Shown: positions 37,437-52,495, counted from the first letter of the stretch. The stretch: DNA of 64,000 nucleotides from Octopus vulgaris (GCA_951406725.2 OX597821.1:93806001-93870000); one strand, 5' to 3'. The notes: a model not told the origin generated them from the letters alone. Program-made: numbers and translations.

Positions 37437-38900
37437 GGGACGTAACTTTTAAAGGGAAGCAACCTATATCGAGTGAATCGCCCTGTTAGGATTTCTAAAT
37501 GGTGAAGTGGTAAGCTTCATGCAGCTTGATTTAATGTTCATATTTTCTCCAGATAAATATACTCTTCAAGAGATAATACTACAAACTATAGCAATTTACT
37601 GTGTACTAGTGTGCATGCAACATGAAATTCATCTAAATGCAGCACAAAAATTAATACATAATATAACCTTTCATAAGTTTTGAAAATGTGTGAAACAATT
37701 TTTTCGTTAGGCTTGTGACTAAATGACCTGAACATAAACATCCCAATGATCAGTTTAGTACCAAAATTTATTTTCGTTGAATTTGTGACAGAAGATTTCA
37801 AGTACAGCCAACCCTGTAGGGCTTGGTAAGTACAGCTGAGTACAGCCAGGTAGAGCTTGGTAACATGTGTGACTGCATTCTGGCAGACACGTTAGGGCGC
37901 CGGGCGAAATGCTTAGCGGTATTTCATCTGTCATTACGTTCTGAGTTCAAATTCCGCCGAGGTCGACTTTGCCTTTCATCCTTTCGGGGTCGATAAATTA
38001 AGTACCAGTTTCGCACTGGGGTCGATGTAATCGACTTAATACCTATGTCTGTCCTTGTTTATCCCCTCTATGTTTAGCCCCTTGTGAGTAATAAAGAAAC
38101 AATTATTGTTTCAGAATTAATAAAATGAAATAATAACAGTTTAGTGAGATAAATTTAATTTACAGCATTTCTCCTAAAACAATTGCTTAATTGTACGTAT
38201 GCTAAAAATAATTCTGAATCAATAAGTTCCCAGATTTACAGGAAGGAAAATTAAGATGCTATGTTGTTGGGGTTTAGCACCAGATCAACTTTGATCAAGA
38301 ATCAAGAAGCACTATGATGAGATCATCTCATGTTTATAGTTGTATAAAGAACTACATTATCTAATGTATATTTCCCTTTCTTTTTAACTGAAGGATGTGA
38401 TTTAAGAGAAATTTGGTTGCTATTTCTAGAAAGGCGAGTAGGTATGTACAAGATCACTCTTTGACTTGGGATGTTATGCACGTGGCTTTGGTAAGGACTG
38501 TAGCATCAGAATGCATGTATCTATTTCAAGTAATTTATTTAAAAGCTACCTGCAATATTCTGTATATTTTCTTCATACATACACATACACCAATGCGTGC
38601 ACACACACACATTCACACACACATATATACACTCATATATACAGAGACATACATACATAGATATATACATATATACAGGCATGCATGCATACATGCACTG
38701 AGACATACATACATTCATGCATATGTACATGCATAGAGATATACATGCATACATACAAGCATACATTCATGCATAAATACATACATAAATACCTACATAT
38801 ATACATACATGCATGCATGCATACACACACATACATACATATATACATACATACATACATACATACATACATACATACATACATACATACATACATACAT

Positions 38901-39107
38901 TATGGCTGCCCCCTCGTTATCGAGTATGGCCATTGCACGAAGCTTAACTATTACTGGTGCTGTGATCGAATGTCTTGTACAGAATTGGCAACTAATACCT
39001 TTACCAGTAATAGCCGGCTGTAGTTGTAACTGGGCTTCATGTACCTTTGCATGTCGTTTAAGTCCTCCTGCCGAATTACACTCTCTTCCACATGCCCATA
39101 CATGCAT
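38901..39107 (-). mobile_element. RTE-like LINE 3' end with C2H2-like zinc-finger remnant and (ATGT)n tail
   Basis: ACGRECNSAGGLKRHAKVH..SCQFC; GGCCATACTCGATAACGAGGGGGCAGCCATA followed by ATGT repeats. Confidence 0.7.
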
Positions 39108-39114
39108 ACATACG

Positions 39115-40098
39115 TGAGCAACATTATATGTGTTGGCAGTGAAATCCTCAAGAAATACTCTCTTCCTGGTGACTTCCTATACAGCCCCAAAACAGCTGGG
39201 CTTTGTTACCTCAGAGAAAACCTGGATGGAAAGCACAAAGCATATAAAAAGAAAACTATGTTGCCCAGAAGCTTGAAGAAGACAGTAGAATTGACATGAA
39301 GCACAGCCTCTCTTGGACACAAGACCACTACATCACATTACACTTTGAAGACTTTTCGTTTACAATCCAGAAACACGAGATTGCCACAAAGTACCAAGAA
39401 AGACACTGACGCTCTTCTAATCCCAAGGTGAAACAGCAAATGTAAGTTATGCCATGTTTCTGTGGAAGGCATCACACGTGATTAGCAGCTGTCCAAAATT
39501 GTTGTCATGGTTCTACCTCCCTATGCAGCACAATGTTGTTGCTAAAACAATTTACAATGCCATCCACAAAAAAGACTGTCCTGAAATAAACTTAGAAAAT
39601 CCCTCTGTTAAGGAATAAATTCATAAACACCAACTCAAGGAATACTGGTGGAATATTCCCATCAAAACTTCTGTGAAATGTAAACATAACAGGCTGAATA
39701 TTGTTATTTGGAACAGAGGGGCAAAGGTATATACCATCATATAGGCCAACTGCCCTGCAGATATAAATATCTCTTTGAAAATCAAAGAAAAAAGAGGATA
39801 TCTATGGATAACTACTTCAAAAAACCTTCAGCTTCTATATCTAGACTATGAATTCATATTCATACCAATAATAATTGGAGCACTAGGTTTTATTTTCAGA
39901 AAGAGAAACTGACTGGTTGATTCGTACATTACAAGTGCAATCTGTGAGTGGAACAGTGAAAATATGCAAGACTTTTTTCAAGTTCCAAATGTGAATTTGT
40001 CTGTGTTAACCACATCTCAAAGATGGATCCATGTCTCTTTGTTGGAAACCGGCTCCCTCCTCAGTGGAAGATTTATAATAGTCAAAAAATAGTAGAGA
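39115..40098 (+). mobile_element. R2/R4/NeSL-group (RLE) non-LTR retrotransposon 3' portion, decayed
   Basis: CKLCHVSVEGIT..ISSCPK CCHC motif; EYWWNIPIKTSVKCKHNRLNIVIW; CPADINIS.KIKEK; FIPIIIGALG. Confidence 0.85.
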
Positions 40099-40459
40099 CA
40101 TACATACACACATACATACATACATACATACACACACACACATACACACATACATACATACATACATACATACATACATACATACACACACACACATACA
40201 CACATACATACATACATACATACATACATACATACATACATAAACTCACATATAGTCACATAGCTATATAAATAGTGTATGAGATGAGCCAAATTCCTGG
40301 ATTTCCTGCACTTGGGAAAAGAAGGAAGGGTTACAACTAGAATACTTTTTCATCATGGACTTAGTCGATTGAAGCTAAATAACAATTAACTCTCCCAAAA
40401 AGCAAAACAAAACCTATGAAGTCCACTGAGATTATATGAAACTGGCTGGGCCATAAATA

Positions 40460-40719
40460 TTAGGTTGTCAGAGAAATCTGTTTGTTTTATTTTATTTTGC
40501 TTTTTCGACTTCGAACTTCATTGTCATGTCAGAAGGAAAAAAATTTATTCAAATTTCAGAAACGATAAACAAAATTTGTAAAGGAAGAATAGGGCTACAA
40601 AGAAAAAACACATAAAATACTACGATAAAAATATTTTTCGGGTTAATACAAATGCCGTTGGAAAGGATTAAAGTAAAGCGGTGAGAAAGGAGAACGAACA
40701 AATTTATCTGACAACCAAT
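40460..40719. mobile_element. mariner-like MITE
   Basis: TTAGGTTGTCAGAGAAAT ... ATTTATCTGACAACCAA imperfect TIRs. Confidence 0.6.
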
Positions 40720-41825
40720 TGTATTTTTTTTTAAATATAGCGAAGGGAAGCAACTGTTCCATTGATTATGCGGATATTGGGCCTTGCATGTGGGAATGCG
40801 GCCAAAACTTTACTGAAATGTTTGCTCAGTCCATCACAGCATGGAAGGACAGATATTAAAATGGGAGATGATCGTGATGATGATGACGACTCCGACAACG
40901 ATGATTGTTGTCGTTTTGTCTCGGGTCAATCTTCATCAAACTATATGTAATTTCAGCCATAAACCACCTTGTTTTTTTAGGAGTAACCAAAAACCACCCT
41001 TAAAAATTTTTTTTTAGACATATACCCCACTTTTCGGCTACGGGGAATACGAATTTGCAAAAAAAAGGCAAAAATCGACATTTCTAAATCACCACCATTT
41101 CCTTCATTTTTAACCTTTTTCCCTTTTTTTTTTCTTCAAAATATGCGGGAAAATACGGAGATTATGATTCTAAAAGAATTTCTAAAAATCTTTGTAAAAA
41201 TTTTTTTAAAGATTTTTTTTTTATAAATATGCGGAAAAATACGGACATCATGATTCGGACAAAACTTTCAAAACATTTTTGTACTTATGGTTACGGTTTA
41301 AGGGTTAGGGTTAGGGTTAGGGTTTTAGGGTTAGTGTTGGGGAAAAAGTCAAATTTGAAGAAGCTGGGGGGAAAGGGGCGATTTCACAATGCCGATTTGG
41401 GGTCATTTTCTGGAATCTCTGTATACGAAAACGGGGATTTTTGGAAAAAAAAAAATTACAAAAATAAACAAATTTGGGAGAAAATGGGCGTGGGGGAACA
41501 GGGTTAGAAGATTTGACAGTTGTCTCCGGCAACTCGTCCGACGATGTAGACGCTTCTATCGTAGGTTCATTGACTGTGTTATGACTATATTGGGCGTTCA
41601 TATAAGATTTTGTTCTTGAATCTTATCTGCAATGAATTGGTTATATTTCTTTAATCAATACACAGGATATTTTAACCATTTTTTATTCAGTTCCTAATAA
41701 TATTTAGTTATAAAATTATCATAGAGCTTTGTAAATATTGAATGGGTTTGAGGGTCCACCCAAATAAAGAAGGAATCAAAGGGATCTGTAGACGGAAAAA
41801 TAGTTGAGAACCACTGGTATAGAGT

Positions 41826-41952
41826 ATGGATGATGACGATGACGACGATGATGATGATGATGACGACGACGATGAGGATGATGATGATGATGATGACGAG
41901 GACGACGACGATGATGATGATGATGATGAGGACGATGATGATGATGATGATG
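41826..41952. repeat. (GAT/GAC)n trinucleotide repeat
   Basis: direct inspection. Confidence 0.95.
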
Positions 41953-44900
41953 CAGAGGAGAATGACGACACTGCGATGGGGTTGGTGATGTTGGTGGCGG
42001 TGCTGTTCTCATTTTTGTTGGTGATGTCGTGTTAGGGAAGATTAAAAGAAGTGACCCACATATATATTGACTTCAAATTTTGGCACAACGCCAGCAATTT
42101 CGGGGGAGTGGGTAAGTTGATTACATCGATCCCGGTGTTCAAATGATATTTATTTTATCATTCAGCCCCAAAAGGATGAAAGGCAAAGTCAACCTTGCCA
42201 GCATTGAAATCCAGACTGGATGAAATACCAAGAAGCATTTCAACCAGCGTGCTAACAATTTTGTCATCTCGCAACCTTAGTAACCCACATACATGTAAAG
42301 AACAAACACTGAACTGAATAGACTAAATGAAGAATGTTGATCTCAATACATAGTCTTTTCTTTTTATTCTATTATTCTCTTATTCTTTTACTTGTTTCAA
42401 TCATTTGACTTCAACCATTCTGGAGCACACCACTTTGAAAGGTTTTAGTTGAACAAATTGACATCCGGGACTTATTTTTTTAAGTCTGGTAATTATTCTA
42501 TTGGTCACTTTTGCCAAACTTAAATTACGGGAGATGTAAACACACCAACACTCACCAAGCAAAAATGGGGTGACAAACACAGATGCAAAGACACACACAC
42601 ATAGAGATATACATATATATATGTATGTATATATATAAGTATCTGGGGATTTAGCGCGCCAGAATGAGGGCATTTGAATGTAACTGTGAATATAATCGGC
42701 TGTACCGTTCATCTCTGTTCAGCATTGTGTGGATTTTGCCGTTCGGTTCGACAAATTATATTCTGATGTACTCTACTGACAATTCGAAAATACTTATGTG
42801 AGTAAAATTACATAATCTATTAACGATGAAACAATTGTATAGAGTTAATCTATTTTTTCATTATTTTCCATTTGTCCTGCTCGCTTATGTTCTTGGCACA
42901 TTGAATTAATTCTTGAGAACAATTCTTTGGTGGTGGATTGCCTTTGCGGATCTATATCTAGCGCTAGAGCGTCCACATAGTGGACTCTCTCTTATTGTTT
43001 TTTTATGTATATATATATACAATGGGCCTCCTTCAGTTTCTGTCTACCAAATCCACTCACAAGGCTTTGGTCAGCCTCAGGCTATAGTAGAAAACACTTG
43101 CCCAGAGTGTCAAGCAGTGGTACTGAACTCGGAACCATGTGGTTTGAAAGTAACCATCTTACCACACAGCCATTTATTTGAAATACATTTTATCATAAGC
43201 TCTTTGCTTTATGATCAGTTGAAACAATTGACGTTTCTATTTTGTGTATAAAATCTTTTTCATAGTCTGACCCCCAAAAATGTCATTTTGTATTTACCTG
43301 ACAAGAACTAATTATAATTAAATGAAGGATGCTGGCATGTGAATAAGCAGTTTCTGTTTTTTGTTATATTTTTTAAAAGGTTTGTCAGAAGAAGGAAAAA
43401 AGCAGTGCTCATGACCCTTTTAGGGGTCTGTGTTTGCTGAGAAGAAATTATCCTCAGACAGGCGTTAGGAAGGGCATCCAGCTATAGAAACTCTGCCAGA
43501 TCAGATAGGAGTCTGGTGCAGCCATCTGGTTTGCCAGACCTCAGTCGAATCGTCCAACCCATGCTAGCATGGAAAGCGGACATTAAACGATGAGGATGAT
43601 GATGATGACAGGAAACCTGACTAAAATGTTTGTGGCCAGATTAGGAGACGGTGTTAAAATGGGTGATGGATAAGGTCAAGCACCCAAAATGATCATAATA
43701 TAGCACAAATAAATACATATAACATGGCAGAACATTTTATAAAATGGTGTTAAAAATATGAGAGGAGAATGTATATATATATATATATCCAGCCTTGTCT
43801 GGCACCTGTGCCGGTGGCACGTAAAAAGCACCCACTACACTCACGGAGTGGTTGGCGTTAGGAAGGGCATCCAGCTGTAGAAACACTGCCAGATCAGACT
43901 GGGCCTGGTGCAGCCTTCTGGCTTCCCAGACCCCAGTTGAACCGTGCAACCCATGCTAGCATGGAAAGCGGACGTTAAACGATGATGATGATGATGATAT
44001 AGGCATATACACACACACACACACATCATCATCATCATACTCATCAGTTAATAAAGCATCTTTGACAACAGCCTTTTGTGAATCTAGTAGATGGAAACAG
44101 TATTGAAGTATGCTGTGAGTATATGATGTCCGTTGTGCAAGTGTACACATTTTTCATCCACCAGTTCAAAAATGGGACAACCGCATTGCCAAAATGAATT
44201 TCCTTTCATGAGGGCAGCAATGAAGCATCTTGCCTTGTGAGTTTTTGAAGGCACTTTGTGTGAAATTTTTAGGAATGATTCTCCACTCAGTGAAGCACAT
44301 CTTGCAATATCTACTTGCATACAGATAGGCCCCAGGATGTTCCAGCAGTTGATTTGTATGGTATTCCTTTTACTTTTAATCACCATATATAACAGGATAA
44401 TGTAACATTGTACCTCTCTTTGATGCTAAAAGAGGATATGTGGTTATTTAGCTTGGACTTAAATGAACCCTCCATTGCCTCAATAAATTCCCCTGTGTGT
44501 GTGAGTCTGTGTGTGTGTCTGCTGTTGTTGAAGAACACCTATTTCTTTACTACCCACAAGGGGCTAAACACAGAGAGGACAAACAAGGACAGACAAACAG
44601 ATTAAGTCGATTATATCAACCCCAGTGCATAACTGGTACTTATTTAATTGACCCCGAAAGAATGAAAGGCAAAGTCGACATCGGCAGAATTTGAACTCAG
44701 AATGTAGCAGCAGACGAAAAACTGCTAAACATTTCGCCCGGTGTGCTAATGATTCTGCCAGCTTGCCGCCCTTGAAGAACACCACCTCTCCTTCGTAAAC
44801 TATGGCTATAATAGAGAATTTTTATTTGGATCACTTTAAATCAGGAAGACAGCATCATATAAACAGCAGAAGTCTCAGGGTTAATATTGCACTGTGGTTT

Positions 44901-45384
44901 TACAGGAAGTTGAGCACTTAACAGAAAATTGTAGATGAATTTAGTCTAAACACAGTTTTACTTCAAACTAATTTTCATAGATTTGTTCATGGTTTCTAAT
45001 AGATTTAGTTCTAACAAACATTTCAAAGGCAAATTAATAATTTGTTTAATCTGTTATGAAATTTAATTTTATGAAAAAGAAAAAAAAAGATTAATAAATA
45101 TATATAATAACTTTAATGTTGAAGTATCCTACAATATGAAATGTATTTCAAAGCTTCTCCAAGACAAAAAAGAAAGGTTTGGAAACACTGTTCTAGACCA
45201 TCTAGTGAAAGAATATACAATATTACATACAATACGAAGCTGGGAACAATGGTTGCTTAAGAGATTTTATTTCACAGTTATATGATTTTAAGTTCAGTCC
45301 TAATCCAGTACGTTGAGGAAGTGTTTTATATCATAACCTTGAACCAAACAATGCTTATAAGTGAATTTGGTAGACAGAACTTCT

Positions 45385-45992
45385 ACAGCAGCCAAAACAG
45401 TTAGTATGCTTCAAACAGCTTACAAGGACGCTACTATGAGCAAAAACACAAGTTTACAAGTGGTTTTCACACTTTAAGAATGGTCACTTGTTGCTTGAAG
45501 ACCAACTTTATTCAGGGCGACCGTCAACCTCCTGAATACCCTCACTGAACAATTGACGAACTTGTTGATATGATTGGTGAGTCCTGGAGCTCCTGCCAAT
45601 GAAATTTTGAGTGAGGAATTGTGAATGAAAAGAGTTGCAACAAATTTTGTGCTTCACTTGCTCACAGAAGATCAAAAGCAGTCATGACTGAATGTGTGTC
45701 GTGAAGTGAAAGAACAGTTGGAAGTTGATCCGAACCCTTTTTCAAAGGTAATCACTGGTGATGAAACCTGGTGCTACAGAATTTGCAGGTGTGGAAGAGG
45801 TGAAGAAAAAAACGATGGAGGCATTAAAAGGCATCACTTTGCAAGAATTCCAACACTGCTTCAAATAGTGCAAAACGCGCCTGGACAAAGTCGGTGCTTC
45901 AAATGGGGAATACTTTGAAGACAATAAAAGTGTAAACATGTAAAAACTAAGTGAATAAAATAACATTGTAAAATTCTGGTTTCTTTTGAGTA
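45385..45992 (+). mobile_element. mariner transposase remnant with internal deletion
   Basis: MLQTAYKDATMS, KWF, SGRPSTS, MKRVATNFVLHLLT, VITGDETWCY joined to RFAGVEEVK...NGEYFE. Confidence 0.88.
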
Positions 45993-47264
45993 CATATATG
46001 TGTGTGTGTGCGTGTGTGAGTACATGGTAGACAGAAAAAAACTTATGTATATGTGTATTTGAGTGAGTGGATGTTTATATTCTGTGTTCAGAGATTAACC
46101 TTGCCTTTCATCCTTTCGGGGTCGATTAAATAAGTACCAGTTATGTACTGGGGTCGATATAATCGACTTAATCCGTTTGTCTGTCCTTGTTTGTCCCCTC
46201 TATGTGTAGCCCCTTGTGGGTAGTAAAGAAATAAGAAATGTTAGCACGCTGGGCGAAATGCTTATCGGTATTTTGTCTGTCTTTACATTCTGAGTTCAAA
46301 TTCTGCTGAGGTGACTTTGCTTTTCATCCTTTCAGGTTCGATTAAACAAGTACCAGTTACTCACTGGGGTCGATGTAATAGACTTAATCCCTTTGTCTGT
46401 CCTTGTTTGTCCCCTCTATGTTTAGCCCCCTGTGAGCAATAAAGAAACAAATATATTGCTAAATATTCATACAGTTATTTCCATTTATAAATAGATTAGT
46501 CATAAATTAAATGTGAAATATAAATCATCATTAGCTAATTCTCTAATCTGGTCTCTGTAAGCTTGGCACACCAGGAGTGATGCATTCATATTTCAGTAAC
46601 CAGGTCCCTGCCTTCTAAGCCTATCTATGTTGACCATACAGATCACAAATTTGTGGTCTGTGAATGATTTTGACAAGTGGGCAACTTATACTACCTTTAT
46701 CTACTGACCTACAGAATACCGTGTCTAGATGCAACCAGGATGACCTAATGCAATTCATCCACGTCCACATTGGCACATCAGGGAAACCCAGTCAGTACCT
46801 GTCAGACAGTTTGGAAATGTTTGAGCATTTTTTTCCACCCCCTCTTCTATCCACTAGACCTACACAGTTCCAAATGTAGCCTTAAAATAGCATTCAATCC
46901 TCAGATAACATGATTACATGTGATATAATTCAGTTCTAGATGCTGGTTACTACATCTAGTACACCTGAGGGTTTGCTTTTCCAAATTCAGTAAAAGGAAT
47001 TTGGAAATGAACTCGATGAAGGACAAAGTATGATTTTTATACAAACACTACTATATCGTGAGTACATAACTTGGGTGACAAAAAAATACCTTATACTTTT
47101 CTTTTTTGCTCGTTAAGTCATGAATTTTGTGGGTCGTTTGAAGCCAATGAGTTTGAAGCTATTAATGTTTCATCTAAACTTTTGCAAGTCAACACCTGCC
47201 AGAAAGATTCCAGAATGCTGATGTTCTGAGGAGAAAACACTGAAAATAATGACTGCCCTTAGAG

Positions 47265-47483
47265 CAGTGGTTTTCAACCAGGGTTCTGCGGAACCTTAGG
47301 GTTCCGCCAGTACAGTCCAGGGGTTCCGCAAGAAGTTACAAAACTGCTAAAATCGGCAGTAATTTTTAAGTCTCCTGTGCAGATATGTGTGCATAAGACT
47401 ATGAAATTATTGCACAGGAGTTCCTCAAGCCAGTGGAATGTTTCCTTGGGGTTCCGCTGCAGCAAAAAGTTTGAAAAGCACTG
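47265..47483. mobile_element. hAT (Charlie-like) MITE
   Basis: CAGTGGTTTTCAA ... TTGAAAAGCACTG TIRs; perfect 8-bp TSD CCTTAGAG. Confidence 0.92.
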
Positions 47484-47499
47484 CCTTAGAGTGATGAGA

Positions 47500-47770
47500 A
47501 GTAGAGAGACAACTGGAAAATGTGTACTTGAGTGGTGAAAATTCAAGAGCAGATAGCTCCAAAGAACGAAAGCAATTACAGAAAGTTATAGAAATGACAG
47601 GGAGAGGAGATGGCTTGCCTGTGGGCCAGAGGCTGGAGCATGTCTCTTAATGATTGAATTCCAGTAAGTTTAGTAGCCCTTTTCTGGATGTACTCCAGAA
47701 TGTTTGTATGTGTAACAGCAGCAACATCCAAAATACATCCAAGCACAACTCCACTGTAAGCTTCAAACAA
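47500..47770 (-). pseudogene. CR1/Jockey-group LINE 3' RT remnant
   Basis: LEYIQKRATKL...LQPLAHRQAISSPCHFY. Confidence 0.7.
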
Positions 47771-49439
47771 GTTTTACAGAATGTCATACAGATATGATGC
47801 ATTTCTCAATACCATAGCTCCAGATGAGGTTTAAAGAATGTATTAACAAACTAGAAGTCAACATTATATTTTTTAAATTTAAGCATTAACCCTTTAATCT
47901 TAATTTCAAAAGCTTTCATTTTTATACTTGAATGTAGCCTTCTCTGGCAATAACCCCATACAATACTACTAACTGTGATATTTTAATAGTGTCAGTAAAA
48001 ATTCCATTCATCATCATCATCATCATCATCGTTTAACGTCCGTTTTCTGCACTAACACAGGTTGGACGGTTCGACCGGGGTCTGGGAAGCCAGGGGCTGC
48101 ACCAGGCTCCAGTCTGATCTGGCAGAGTTTCTACAGCTGGATGCCCTTCCTAACGTCAACCACTCCGCGAGTGTAGTGGGTGCTTTTTACGTGCCACCTG
48201 CACAGGTGCCAGGGGTGTCCGGCATCGGCCACAATCGGTTGGAGCTTTTAACGTGCCACCGGCACGGGAGCCAGCCAAGGCAGCGGTGGCAACGGCCACG
48301 TACGGATGGTGCTTTTTATGTGCCACCAGCACAGAAGCCAGTCGGGGCGGCGCTGGCATCGGCCACGTTCAGATGGTGCTTATAAATTCTATTATAAATT
48401 CTCTCCTTGTTTTGTTTGCCAAAAATCCAACTACCAAGATAACTAAAATGATATCTCTTAGTTAACAAAAAGTAATCTCAATTAGCGTATTGATAAATCT
48501 ATAAGTAATTTCTACATTAAAATGAACAAGACTCAGACTAGACTAAGTCATTAACACAAATGAGCTAAATGTTAATATATCTACACCCTCCTTAGAGTTG
48601 TAGATTAGTGCAAATTCATTAAAATTTTAACTAAATAAATTTGTGATTATTTGACCTGGTCAAATTATGTACTCTTCTATCTGAGTTCAAATTAATCTTA
48701 ATCATTTAGAAACTTTTTATAACAGGTGATTTTGACCCCAAGTTTTGCCACACAGTAATACAAGCTGGTCTTGTGCACAGCCCTCATTTCAGTCCAATCA
48801 ACAACTTTTGTACACATGATAGTCTGGCAGCAAGACTAAGACCTTCTGTGAACAGAGCATACAAATACAGCTTATTTGAACACAAAACTTTCTCAGTAAA
48901 TGTCACTCTCACCACTTAGCTGTTTTCACAGCTACATATTCAACCTGGCATGATAGATGAAGAAACACACTGCTGTAACACAGCAGCAAGAATATATATT
49001 GGTGTGTAAAAAATTAGCTCGAATGTTGAATCTCTGATGAAGATTTCCTCAGCCTGTAGTAATGTTTGTCATTTCATCTAAATAATCCTTTTTGTGTGCT
49101 ACATGAATGCTTTCTGTATTAATGTGACAATAAATATGTTCATACACATAAACCAAGCTTTCTTACTGACTATGCTACACTTTTACTTTGCATATAGTAG
49201 CCTCCCTCACTACAGTAGCCCCACCCAGTTGAAAGGAATCTTAGTCATGCAAGCTAAAAGGTGACCTCACTAGTGCTGGTGCTATGAAAAAAGAAAGCCC
49301 CAGTATACTCTGTAAAATGGTTGGCATTAGGATAAGCATCCAACCGTAGAAACCATGGTAAATTTATGATCTTAATAATGTCTGTGTGTTTTGGGTGGGT
49401 GTGTATGCATTGTTTACTGAAAAATGCTAACAACAGCCT

Positions 49440-49615
49440 ACATAGGTGTAAGAGTGGCTGCGTGGTAAGTAGCTTGCTTACGAACCACATGGTTCTGGGT
49501 TCAGTCCCACTTTGTGGCACTTTGAGCAAGTGTCTTCTACTATAGCCTTTGGCCGACCAAAGCTTTGTGAGTGGATTTGGTAGACGGAAACTGAAAGAAG
49601 CCTGTCATATATATG

Positions 49616-49659
<44 letters not shown>

Positions 49660-49883
49660 TGTGTGTGTATGTTTGTGTGTCTGTCCTCCCCCCTCACCAA
49701 CATCACTTGACAACCGATGCTGGTGTGTTTATGTCCCTGTAACTTAGCAGTTTGGCAAAATACACTGATAGAATAAGTACTAGGCTTACAAAGAATAAGT
49801 CCTGGGGTCAATTTGCTCAACTAAAGGCGGTGCTCCAACATGGCCACAGTAAATTGACTGAAACAAGTTAAAGAGTAAAAGAG
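49440..49883 (+). mobile_element. SINE family A
   Basis: homology to 160-583. Confidence 0.9.
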
Positions 49884-50507
49884 AAACAGCTAGAGAAAAA
49901 AAAAATGATAAGCTGGTGCTTCCAAATAAAAGCCCCTTGTGTATTTGTTTAGCCTGATTTATATAACCACTCCCTAGTATTCTCCCTATCTTTAATATTT
50001 TAAAGAACTAGTGATTCAGCCTCTGAGATATCAGTCAGCAACAAAAATATATAATGTGAAAAGAATCAATCAATTAAATAAATATAAAATAGAAGTTAAC
50101 CATAAGCCTGTCCTAAGCATTTTCATAAGTTTGTCCTTAACGTCCATGCATGTTTTCAGACTTTTTTTTAGCCCTTATTTCCTACATTCCGAGTGATATA
50201 AAGCTTTCCTTTCATATGTCTCAAGTTATCTTAGCGGCTGAAAAAAATATTTGGGAATGTGTTTCATATTTGAATCATGGAAGCCAGGAAGATACACAGG
50301 ACAAAGGGAAATGAAAATCTGCCTCAAGTTTATTGGCCCAGTAGGTCGGAGTTGATCCTGGTTTCCGTGGTGTGTAAATAATGAGTGTACAAGATTTTTC
50401 CTGGACAGAATGTCAATCCAGTGCAAGGCTAACTCTTAGTTATTGCTGATACTCGTTGCAACTAAGCTGAAATGAAGTATCTTGCTTAACTCTGGGTTAT
50501 ACAATGT

Positions 50508-50974
50508 TGAACGGCAGTTTTTTCTAGCTGTGTCATATGAAATTGTCACCCATAATTATGACTCTAGTATCGATCTATTGCATTTCAATCTCTTTTAAGG
50601 TTAGGGTTAGGGGTGGGGAGAAGGGTATCTTTTTTTCTTGAAGCCATGGATCTTTTCGGTTCGAACGGCAGTTTTTAAAAATAATTTCCATGTAACTAAA
50701 CACTTTTAAACTTCGTATACTGGTAGAATGTGTTTATAAAACATCTTTTTCTCTTGGCTTTATTGAGAAAATTCTATAGTTTGTAAGATATTTGTTGTTT
50801 TTTTTCTTCAATTTTTGCAATTTCAACCAATCAATGACGTCTATTGAGGTAAAAATACATTCCGTGCCGTATGAATATGTTCCTCGTTTAAGAAACAGAT
50901 TGGGTTTATTTACATTTGTGAAGAAAAAAAAGATACCCTTCCTCCCACCCCTAATCCTAACCCTAACTAGATCC
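50508..50974. mobile_element. Merlin-like MITE pieces (family of 6832-7253) in opposite orientations
   Basis: 50508-50639 forward left part; 50648-50974 inverted copy flanked by GA(A/G)GCCAT; related right end at about 51290-51498. Confidence 0.75.
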
Positions 50975-51496
50975 GAGGCCATTACTTAACATTCATGAGT
51001 CCAGCACCATAACCATTGAGCGAACCATCTTCACAAAATAGAAATTGTTAACATAGAAATGGTTGTTACTTTGATTAAAGATCGCCAAATTTTCTCTCTC
51101 TTTCACACACGTACACATGCATATAAACATATACATATATACATACATACATACATACATATTCACACACATATATACGCACGCACACAAACATGAATGC
51201 ATGCATTCACACATGCATGCTTGCATACATACATAATACATACATGCATGCATACAATGTTGTCGTTGACAAAACAACGCAGAAATTGTATTTACCTCAA
51301 TAGACGTCATTGATTGGTTGAAACTGCCGAAATTCAAGAAATTAAACAAGAAATAACTTACAAACTACACAATTTTCTCAAGAAAGCCAAGAGAAAAAGA
51401 TATTTTATTGGACACATTCTACCAGTATACGAAGTTTAAAAGTGTTTAGTTACAAATAACTTATTTTTAAAACCTGCCGGTCAAAACGAAATGATT

Positions 51497-51660
51497 CCAT
51501 ACATACATACATGCACACATACATAATACCTGCATACATACATATATACATGCATACATACATACATACATACATACATAATACATACATACATACATAC
51601 ACACATACATAATACCTGCATACATACCTGCATACATACATATATACATGCATACATACA

Positions 51661-51691
<31 letters not shown>

Positions 51692-51763
51692 GTACATGCA
51701 TACATACATACATACATACATAATACCTGCATACATACCTGCATACATACATACATACATACA

Positions 51764-51797
<34 letters not shown>

Positions 51798-52495
51798 CAT
51801 ACATACATACATACCTGCATACATACCTGCAAACATACATACATACATACCTGCATACATACATACGTACCTGCACACATACATACATACATGCATATAT
51901 ACATACATACATACCTGCATACATACATACATACATACATACATATGTACATACATACATACATACGTACGTACCTGCATACATACATACATACCTGCAT
52001 AATACATACATACATGCATACATACATACATACATACATACATACATACATACATACATACCTACATACATACATACATACATACATACATACATGCATA
52101 CATACATACATACATACATACATACATACATACCTGCATACATACATACATACGTACCTGCATACATACAGACATACGTACGTACCTGCATACATACATA
52201 CATACCTGCATACATACATACCTGCATACATACATACATACATACATACATACATACATACATACATACATACATACATACATACATACATACATACATA
52301 CATACATACATACCATACATACATACATACCTGCATACATACATACATACATACATACATACATACATACATACATACATACCTACCTGCATACATACAT
52401 ACATACATACCTGCATACATACATACCTGCATACATACCTACATACATACATACATACATACATACATACATACATACATACGTACGTACATACA

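Noticed and set aside
37440-37456. Right TIR of the piggyBac (ACGTAACTTTTAAAGGG)
   Set aside because: Only a partial match to the left end and not followed by TTAA; left unresolved
41297-41335. Telomere or chromosome-fusion scar (TTAGGG; also 6931 and 50597)
   Set aside because: Only 2-5 units, internal to dispersed elements
41505-41601. CpG-rich ATG-initiated peptide MNAQYSHNTVNEPTIEASTSSDELPETT
   Set aside because: Runs into a repeat with no donor site or homology; cannot support as an exon
44084-44386. 100-aa minus-strand ORF in unique DNA
   Set aside because: No recognisable domain or clear splice boundaries; length compatible with chance
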